From an uncultured delta proteobacterium (lineage in GTDB: Bacteria; Desulfobacterota; Desulfobacteria; Desulfobacterales; Desulfatirhabdiaceae), in contig CAWBKP010000024.1 in the NCBI GenBank assembly GCA_963789395.1, positions 1 through 64,000 of the forward strand: a stretch of DNA of 64,000 nucleotides, read 5' to 3'. Below are positions 56,347 to 64,000 of the stretch, piece after piece. The notes beneath the pieces are model-generated. The model was not told the origin of the DNA. It saw only the letters and a program-made list of their open reading frames with translations, and ran no database searches. The translations under genes and the position numbers were made by a program. The stretch's first letter is position 1. Each line of letters starts with the position of its first letter.

Positions 56347-56491
56347 AAATTCGAAATCCGAAGCACGAAATTCGAAACAATGCTCAAAAATTTAATGTTC
56401 AAAACGGTACACGTTCAATCTGGTAGTTTCGGATATTTTGACATTAGAATTTAGAATTTGTTTCGAATTTCGGATTTAGATATTCGGATTT
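56347..56491. repeat. Heptamer-repeat inverted-repeat element
   Basis: AAATTCG AAATCCG AAGCACG AAATTCG on the left mirrored on the right; perfect 15-bp core 56366-56380/56458-56472. Confidence 0.75.
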
Positions 56492-56540
56492 TGCCTGAAC
56501 GGAATTTGCGTTTGGACACTATATAGATAAGGAGAATGAC

Positions 56541-56960
56541 ATGGAAGCTTTTGAACCTTCAATCGTGGCCTTTGTCTGTAACTGGTGCACCTATACGGCG
56601 GCGGACCTGGCCGGAACCTCGCGGCTGTCATATCCCAAATCCGTTCGCCTGATTCGCGTGATGTGTACGGGGATGGTGGATCCCCAGTATGTTCTAAAAG
56701 CCCTTCTGGAAGGGGCGGACGCGGTACTGGTCAGCGGATGTCACCCTGGAGATTGTCACTATATCAACGGCAATTTCAAGGCCAGAAGACGTATAAAGCT
56801 TCTGAAGGAAATCCTTCCCCAGTTCGGTTTTGAGCCGGAGAGGCTTCGGCTGACATGGATCGGCGCCAGCGACGGCATTCAGTTCGCAGAAGTCATGCAA
56901 AAAATGGTGGCGCAGATTCAGGCCTTAGGCCCTTCAAAAGCCGGCCGCATGGCCGCTTGA
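56541..56960 (+). CDS. mvhD: MvhD/FlxD [2Fe-2S] subunit
   Basis: FVCNWCTY, RVMCTGMVD, SGCHPGDCHY, RLRLTWI. Confidence 0.95.
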   Translation: MEAFEPSIVAFVCNWCTYTAADLAGTSRLSYPKSVRLIRVMCTGMVDPQYVLKALLEGADAVLVSGCHPGDCHYINGNFKARRRIKLLKEILPQFGFEPERLRLTWIGASDGIQFAEVMQKMVAQIQALGPSKAGRMAA

Positions 56961-57022
56961 AAGCGCTCCGGGGCGGCTGGAACACTGTGGCCATGCATGG
57001 TTATTGAAACAACGGAGGAAAT

Positions 57023-58171
57023 ATGACGTCATCCCCTCGAAAACTGGAGGTCGCCGAACAGGATATTCTGGGTGCGCTCAGAAGATTTTTTCAGTCCATT
57101 CTGGAGCTGGAAGACATCGGTGCGATTCTGGCGCCCCGACGCCTTCCCGTTCAATCCGTGGTAATGCCGGCGCTCATCAGCGACCCGAAGTGTTTGGCTG
57201 AAATCGATCCCCTGGCGCCGGCCTTTTTTCTGAATGCCGCCCGGATAGTTTCCCGGCTGAGCCGGAAATCCCTGGGACAAAAAATTGCGGTTGTGCTCCG
57301 TCCCTGCGAAATCCGGGCGTTTATCGAACTGGTTAAACTCAAACAAGGGTCCATGGATGAAATTCTGATCATGGGGCTGGACTGTCAGGGCGCGTATCGC
57401 AATTCGGATTACCGGCGCTTTGCATCGGATGGTCCGGATGCATCCACCGTGAAATTCTTCTTTGGCGCGCTGTCCGGATCGCCATCCGTTATGGAGGGCA
57501 TTGACCTGACAACCGCCTGCAAGGCCTGCGAGCACCCGATTCCAACCGGTGCCGATATCGCCGTCGGGTTTTTGGGGATCTCTCCCCTGGATCATCTTCT
57601 GGTTCAGGGCCAGAGCCCGAAAGGCGAAGAAGTGCTTTCGCGCCTGGGTCTGGAGGAGACCGCAGTCCCCGCTTCGCGGCCAGAAGCCATCGAAGCACTG
57701 ATTTCAGCACGGTTTCATGCAAGGGACAGCCTCTTTGACCAGACCCGGGAGGCGACGAATACCCTCGAGAAATTGACGGCTTATCTGGCGGGCTGCGTCA
57801 ACTGCTACAACTGCCGGGTCGCCTGTCCGGTGTGTTATTGCCGGGAATGCGTGTTCACCACGGACGTATTTGACCATGAACCCTTTCAGTATCTTCAGTG
57901 GGCGCATCGCAAAGGGGAGATCAAAATGCCGACCGATACGGTATTTTACCATCTGACCCGTCTGGTGCACATGAGCACGGCCTGTGTGGGGTGCGGCCAG
58001 TGTTCCAATGCCTGTCCCAGCCAGATCCCCCTGACGGAACTGTTCCGCGCAACGGCCATCCGAACGCAGCGCGCGTTTGATTACGAAGCGGGCATGGATC
58101 CGGATGCGCCGCCGCCGATGACCGTGTTTCGGGAACATGAATTTGTTGAAGTGGTGGGTTTGTCTGAATAA
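57023..58171 (+). CDS. FdhB/FrhB-like iron-sulfur subunit
   Basis: RPCE, GLDC, ACKAC, CVNCYNCRVACPVCYCREC, CVGCGQCSNACP. Confidence 0.85.
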   Translation: MTSSPRKLEVAEQDILGALRRFFQSILELEDIGAILAPRRLPVQSVVMPALISDPKCLAEIDPLAPAFFLNAARIVSRLSRKSLGQKIAVVLRPCEIRAFIELVKLKQGSMDEILIMGLDCQGAYRNSDYRRFASDGPDASTVKFFFGALSGSPSVMEGIDLTTACKACEHPIPTGADIAVGFLGISPLDHLLVQGQSPKGEEVLSRLGLEETAVPASRPEAIEALISARFHARDSLFDQTREATNTLEKLTAYLAGCVNCYNCRVACPVCYCRECVFTTDVFDHEPFQYLQWAHRKGEIKMPTDTVFYHLTRLVHMSTACVGCGQCSNACPSQIPLTELFRATAIRTQRAFDYEAGMDPDAPPPMTVFREHEFVEVVGLSE

Positions 58172-58181
58172 GGAGATCAAC

Positions 58182-61100
58182 ATGAATCGAAAAGCAGGTT
58201 GCGCTTTGATTGTCGGAGGCGGCATCAGCGGCATGCGCGCGGCTCTGGACCTGGCGGAAACCGGATACGGTGTTACCCTCGTTGAGCAGGCGCCTTATCT
58301 GGGAGGCATCGTGTCCCAGCTCGATCATCAATTCCCCACCAATCATTGCGGTATGTGCCGGATGCTGCCGCTTCTGGATCGGGATTCGGGCTCTCAATAC
58401 TGCCTGCGCAAGGACCTGGTCCATGAAAATATCGATATCCGTCTGTCCACGGAAGTCATGACCGTGGCAGGGGAAGCCGGCGGTTATGAGGTGTCGCTGC
58501 GAAAAAAACCTGCCGGAGTGGACTGGCTTAAATGTATCGGATGCGGCGCCTGCACGCAGGTGTGTCCGGTGGAAGTTCCGGATATGTTCAATTCAGGGCT
58601 TTCAAAGCGAAAAGCCATTTATCCTGCGGCGCCTTACCGGGTTTTAAATTCCTACCGGATTGATTTTTCGGCCTGCACCCGATGCGGGGCCTGTGTAGCG
58701 GCATGCCCGACAGGCGCTGTTTATCTTCGGGAGATGGAGCGAAAACTGTTTCGTGTTCTGGTTGTGGACGATGAGCTGATTGTCCGGGATTCCATCCGGG
58801 AGTGGCTGATCGAAGAAGGTTTTGATGCGGACATGGCCGGATCGGGTCAGGAGGCTCTTAGCCGGATGGTGGAGTCATCATTTCAGCTCATGCTGCTGGA
58901 CATCAAGATGCCGGGCATGGATGGTGTGGAGGTGCTTAAAAAAGCCAAAGAAATCGCCCCGGAAGTGACTGTTGTCATGATGACGGCGTATGCCACGGTG
59001 GAAACCGCCATCGAAGCCATGAAAACCGGCGCCCTGGAATACCTGATCAAGCCCTTTGAAATCGATGTGCTGATGCCGATGGTGGAAAAGCGTTTTTCAG
59101 AGTTTATGGCGGCCAAGGGATGAAAAAATCCGGGTCGGCGCCATTGTGCTGGCAGGCGGCGCAGCGTTCTACAACCCGTCCAGCGGTAAAAACACGCTGG
59201 GGTACGGCGTTTATCCCAATGTTCTCACCAGCATGGAATTCGAGCGCCTGATCAGCAATGCCGGCCCCTGTGCGGGAAGCCCCATACGTACCGGAGACGG
59301 GAAGCCCATCTCCCGGATTGCCTGGATTCAGTGCGTGGGCTCACGGGATCTTCAAGCCGGCGCGGATTTCTGCTCCAGCATCTGCTGCATGATTTCCATC
59401 AAGGAGGCCCTGCTGGCCCAAGAAAAACTGGGGCCAAAACTGACCACCGACATTTATTACATGGATGTTCGTGCATGCGGCAAAAATTATCACCGGTATA
59501 AGGAAACGGCGGAAACAACCGGCAATGTCCATTTTATCAGGGGACGGGCGCATACGGTCGTTTCAGACCCGGATTCAGGCGATCTGAAAATCCGGTATGT
59601 AACGGTTTCAGGTGCGGATACAGAGTCGGCCTATGACCTCATCGTGCTGGCTGTGGGTCAGCGGCCCCATCCCGATATGGGGGCGTGGGCTGAAAAATAC
59701 GGCCTGTCCTTAAACGATTGGGGATTTGCCGAAACCATCCCGTTTTCCCGAACCCAGAGCCGGAAACAGGGCGTTTTACTGGCCGGATCCTTTTCAGGCC
59801 TGAAGGATATCCGCGAATCGGTGACGCATGCCTCAGCCGCTGCACTGGCCGCATCCCGCGTGATACATCAGGCGGGCGGGGGAAATGCGTTGATTTCCGC
59901 ACCGGCCCGGACAGAAGTCCGAAATGTCTCCCGCGAACCTTCCCGCGTGCTGGTCGTGATCTGCGCCTGTGACGGGATGCTGACACCTTTCCTGGATGCC
60001 GCTGAAATCGAGCACCGGCTTATAAAGGACCCGGCGGTGACAAGTCTTCTGGTATTCAATCGCATCTGTGCGGGACCGGAAATGGAGAGCCTGATTCAGG
60101 AAATCGAAAGCCGTCAGCCAAACCGCCTCTTGATTGCCGCCGGCACCGCGTGCGCGGACCAGGTTCGGGATATCGGAAAGTCTGCCGGAATTCACCCCAA
60201 CCTCATCCGTGTTGTTGAGATTCGCAGTCCGGTCTTTCGCTTCACGAAACTGCCGGATTTCCAGGAATCAACGCGGATTACGCAAACCCTGATGCCCATT
60301 CTGAGCATGGGAATATCCGAGCTGAAATACGTGGGGTCCGAATCCCTCCCGGAAACGAATGTTGTCAGGCGGGCGATGGTTGTCGGCGGCGGTATCGCCG
60401 GCATGAGCGCGGCACTGGCAATCGCCGATCATGGATATCCGGTGGATCTGATCGAGCGCGCTGAAAAACTTGGCGGTAATCTCAACTGGATTCGCCAGAC
60501 ACTGGAAGGCTATGCTGTTGGACCATTTCTGGATACAATCCGGCAAAAAATTGAAAAACACCCCCAGATCCACGTTTACAGCCAAGCGACTGTCATCAGC
60601 ACCTGGGGAGAGGCGGGCCGGTTTTATTCGGCGGTTTCGGCCCGTGAAGGCGCCGTGATCCAACTGGAGCATGGCGCCGTGATTCTGGCCACCGGCGGCA
60701 TGGAGGCGCCGACGCAGCTCTATGGGCATGGCGTGCATCCGGCAGTAATGACCCAGAAAGAGCTGGAACAATCCCTTAAAAGCGGAACGGCTGTTCCGGA
60801 GAAACTGGAGTCCGTGGTCATGATCCAGTGCGTGGGTTCCCGGGAAGACCCCAGAAATTATTGCAGCAGAATCTGCTGCCCGACCGCCATCAAACAGGCG
60901 CTTTATCTCAAGAGTCAACACCCCGGGGTTCAGATTTATGTGTTGTACCGGGACATGATGGTGACCGGATTTTCAGAAAGTTATTACACCCAGGCGCGAA
61001 AGGCCGGTATTCTGTTTATCCCCTATACTCTGGGGAACAAACCCCGGGTCGAGACCGACCGGACCCGGCCTGTTGTGGCTGTTTTTGAACCCATCATTGA

Positions 61101-61611
61101 TCAATTGCTTGAAATCGAGGCCGATATCATTGTTCTGGCCACAGGCCTCATGCCCGATTTCCCGCAGAATCTGGCGGAAATTTATCAGGCCGATCGCGAT
61201 ACAGACGGTTTTTTTCAAGAAGCGGACGTCAAATGGCGGCCGGTAGATGCCATGAAACCCGGCATGTTTGGTTGCGGCATCGTGAATTCACCGCAATCCA
61301 TCCCCGATGCAATTGCATCCGCGGAGGCTGCGGCCCAGCGATCGCTTCGGATTCTGAGCAGGCAGAGCCTGCCGTCCGGACGGATCACCGCCAGGGTTCG
61401 CCACAGCCTCTGCAGCCGCTGCCATATCTGTATCGATGCCTGCCCCTATCATGCCAGGGCCTGGAATGCGGAGCTGGACAAAATTGATGTGAATGCTGCA
61501 GCGTGCCAGGGCTGCGGGGCCTGCGCGGCCATCTGCCCCAACAGCGCCGCGGTGGTGGATGGGCTTCTCATGCCGCAATTCTTTGAAATGATCGATGCAA
61601 GTTTAGGCTAA
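58182..61611 (+). CDS. hdrA: Tandem HdrA-like flavoprotein with internal receiver (REC) domain; one frameshift near 59118
   Basis: GGGISG, FPTNHCGMC, 2 ferredoxin motifs, REC about 58749-59100, then EKIRVGAIVLAGG, EFER, CVGSRD/CSSICC; second unit GGGIAG, CVGSRE/CSRICC and 2 ferredoxin motifs. Removing one G at 59117-59119 fuses the two ORFs. Confidence 0.88.
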
Positions 61612-61680
61612 AGGCCAGGGCAATAGGCTATGGGCTATATGTCGTTACCCATTGCCCATAGCTTTTATCTGAGAGGTGAC

Positions 61681-62232
61681 ATGAAAGAAAACACATCAGC
61701 GGCTACTGCGGATCAGCTATCTGCCATCAGCGATAAAGTCAACGCCTGCATCCAATGCGGCACATGCTCCGCGTCATGCCCGAATGCATTTGCCATGGAC
61801 TTTACCCCGCGGCATTTGTGGCGGCTGCTTCAGGCTGGCCAGATTCAGGCTGTTTTAACAAGCATGTCCTTCAGCCTGTGCTCAACATGCTACTCCTGTA
61901 CGCTGCGATGTCCCAGGGGACTGCCCCTGACGGATATCATGAGCGCCTTGAAACAGGTCAGCGCCAGACAGCTGCCGATGCCGGATCCTTCGGGCGTTTT
62001 GTTTTACCAAAAATTTCTGGAAAGCGTGCGACGGCACGGCCGGGTTCGGGAAATGGAATTCATGACGCGCTATTTTTCAGCCATGAAAAATCCCCTGCTG
62101 CCGTTTCAGTTTGCATCGCTGGGGATCAGGCTTCTGTCCAGAAACAAGCTGCCCTTACAACTGCCGTCAAGGGGCAGTGAACGCCTGAACGCCCTGTTTT
62201 GCAGGGTGAATGAAATGGAGGATACCTCATGA
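61681..62232 (+). CDS. hdrC: Heterodisulfide reductase subunit C-like
   Basis: CIQCGTCSASCP...MDFTPR, CSTCYSCTLRCPRG; GAGG RBS before ATG 61681. Confidence 0.92.
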   Translation: MKENTSAATADQLSAISDKVNACIQCGTCSASCPNAFAMDFTPRHLWRLLQAGQIQAVLTSMSFSLCSTCYSCTLRCPRGLPLTDIMSALKQVSARQLPMPDPSGVLFYQKFLESVRRHGRVREMEFMTRYFSAMKNPLLPFQFASLGIRLLSRNKLPLQLPSRGSERLNALFCRVNEMEDTS

Positions 62233-63098
62233 AATATCTCTATTATCCCGGATGTTCTCTGGAGGGGTCGGCTCTGGAATATAATATTTCAACAAAGGCC
62301 GTGTTAGCTGCGCTGGGGGTGGAGCTGCAGGAACTGCCCGACTGGACATGTTGCGGCGCTACAGCTGCGTCAGCCGTAAGCCCCCTGCTGTCCCTGGCCC
62401 TCCCTGCCCGAAATCTGGCCATTGCGGAAAGCATTGCGGACGGCTGCGACATACTGGTTCCGTGCAGCGCCTGTTATCTGAATTTGAAAAAAGCAGAAGA
62501 AACCATCCGCAGGGAGCCGGGTATGCTGGATAAGCTGAACGAGATTCTTGAAACCGAGAACCTGAAACTAAGCGGCCGGGTACGGGTGCGCCACCTGCTG
62601 GATGTGCTTTCCCGGGACATCACGTCAACGCAGATTCAATCCCGTACAGAAAGACCCCTTTCCAGGCTGAGCATCGCGCCCTATTACGGGTGCCAGTGCC
62701 TTCGTCCTTACCCTGTTTTCGACAATCCCGAAAAGCCCGTTTCCATGAATGCGATGATCGAGGAAGCCGGCGCACGGGTTCACCCATGGACCATGGGAGG
62801 TGTCTGCTGCGGGGCTTCCAACTTGAACACGCATCCGTCCGTCGGAATTTCTCTGGTATCCGATCTGTTGAAAGAAGCCCGGGGCGCGGATGCCATTGTA
62901 ACGGTCTGCCCCATGTGTCAATTGAATCTGGAAGCGTATCAGCATAAAGTCTCTGCTGCCTGTAATGAACCCCTACAAATCGCCGTTTTGTATCTTCCCC
63001 AGCTTCTGGGAATCGCTTTCGGGCTTCCAAATGTCGACATCCGGCTGGATTTGAATCTTTCCGCAAATGAAGTTTTCAGAATCAAATGCAAGAGATAA
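62229..63098 (+). CDS. hdrB: Heterodisulfide reductase subunit B-like
   Basis: Two CCG domains: YYPGC, WTCCG, PCSAC; YYGC, VCCG, CPMC; ATGA overlap with hdrC. Confidence 0.94.
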   Translation: MKYLYYPGCSLEGSALEYNISTKAVLAALGVELQELPDWTCCGATAASAVSPLLSLALPARNLAIAESIADGCDILVPCSACYLNLKKAEETIRREPGMLDKLNEILETENLKLSGRVRVRHLLDVLSRDITSTQIQSRTERPLSRLSIAPYYGCQCLRPYPVFDNPEKPVSMNAMIEEAGARVHPWTMGGVCCGASNLNTHPSVGISLVSDLLKEARGADAIVTVCPMCQLNLEAYQHKVSAACNEPLQIAVLYLPQLLGIAFGLPNVDIRLDLNLSANEVFRIKCKR

Positions 63099-63111
63099 AT
63101 AAAGGGGAACC

Positions 63112-64000
63112 ATGCTGAATCTGTTCCGTCATCCCCGCCGCAGCTTGATTTCAAAGCTCATTGTGATTGTCGGCATGACCTTGCTGCTGTCCATGTCCAC
63201 CTGGGCCTATTTCAATATCAACGAACAAAAAAACCGGGTCATGGAAAACATTATTGCCAATGCGGATCGACTGACCAACACGATCCGTCTGGGAACCCAC
63301 TATGCCATGATGCTCAATTCCCGTGATGATATCACGCAGATCATCACCAATATCGGTAAACAGGAAGGCATCGAAAATATAAGAATCTATAATAAAGAAG
63401 GACAGATCAAATTTTCCAACGCCGCTTCCGAGGTCAATACCACAACCAATATTAAGGCGGAAGCCTGCGATATCTGCCATCGGACGGACCCGCCACTTTC
63501 AGAGCTGACGCTTTCCGGCCGGACCCGGATCATGAATTCTTTCAAGGGGTATCGGCTTCTGGGAATTATCACACCGATCAACAATGAGCCGAGCTGTGCA
63601 ACGGATGCCTGCCATGTACATCCTCAGGGGAAAAAAATTTTGGGCGCGCTGGATGTGGTGGTTTCACTTGAAAAAACCGATCAGGATATTGCGGGGTTTG
63701 AAAGAGGCATTTTATCCCTGACGGTATTTGTATTTCTGATTACGTCCATGTTGATTTCCATCATCGTGATCCGTTTTATCAGCCGGCCGATTCAAAAACT
63801 GATTGCCGGGACCCGGTTTTTTGCCAGGGGCGAGTACGATCACCAGGTGGACATTGCCCCGAACGATGAAATGGGGTTTCTGGCGGAAGCCATCAACCGG
63901 ATGGGAAAGGCGATCGGTGAAAAACAGGCTGAGTTGAACAAGCAGAAAGATGAATATCAGCGTTTGTTTGAACTTGTTCCGTGTTTGATTACCATCCAGG
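63112..64000 (+). CDS. Membrane sensor with periplasmic heme-c motifs, HAMP and start of PAS; probable histidine kinase, cut off by the window end
   Basis: Not in the ORF track (no stop in window). Manual translation from ATG 63112: TM1, CDICH (63466-63480), CATDACH (63595-63615), TM2, HAMP RPIQKL...DEMGFLAEAINRM, then YQRLFELVPCLITIQ. Confidence 0.85.
   Translation, partial: MLNLFRHPRRSLISKLIVIVGMTLLLSMSTWAYFNINEQKNRVMENIIANADRLTNTIRLGTHYAMMLNSRDDITQIITNIGKQEGIENIRIYNKEGQIKFSNAASEVNTTTNIKAEACDICHRTDPPLSELTLSGRTRIMNSFKGYRLLGIITPINNEPSCATDACHVHPQGKKILGALDVVVSLEKTDQDIAGFERGILSLTVFVFLITSMLISIIVIRFISRPIQKLIAGTRFFARGEYDHQVDIAPNDEMGFLAEAINRMGKAIGEKQAELNKQKDEYQRLFELVPCLITIQ

Noticed and set aside
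56347..56491. Repeats as a CRISPR array
   Set aside because: Units are 7 bp, degenerate and inverted, with no spacers and no cas genes.
59121..59123. TGA ending the first REC-HdrA ORF as a selenocysteine codon
   Set aside because: In-frame read-through gives non-HdrA sequence and an early stop; the HdrA motif continues in the +1 frame and no Cys is expected here.

Overview
A 64 kb chromosomal segment of an anaerobic bacterium; gene content suggests Desulfobacterota, probably Desulfobacterales-like (inference). Left to right: a nonaheme exported cytochrome c, an IS3 remnant, a TAXI solute receptor coupled to a hybrid sensor kinase, glycogen debranching genes, cooS and fhs, a B12 radical SAM protein, arginine decarboxylase with an internally deleted agmatinase, a leucine/isovalerate-type catabolic operon, uvrC, a KamA-family protein, mdh, a CoA-disulfide reductase-like protein, hrpB and mscL. 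From about 45.8 kb a signalling cluster surrounds a heterodisulfide-reductase-like operon (receiver-hdrL-mvhD-fdhB-like-hdrA-hdrC-hdrB-sensor kinase). The most striking observation is that the second HdrA carries an intact response-regulator receiver domain inside the enzyme, and the operon ends in a c-heme-binding sensor; this suggests a phosphorylation-controlled electron-bifurcating complex. About 12 small-indel frameshifts in otherwise intact genes point to sequencing or assembly errors. I saw no rRNA, tRNA or CRISPR array. All family assignments come from motif recognition by eye; no searches were run.
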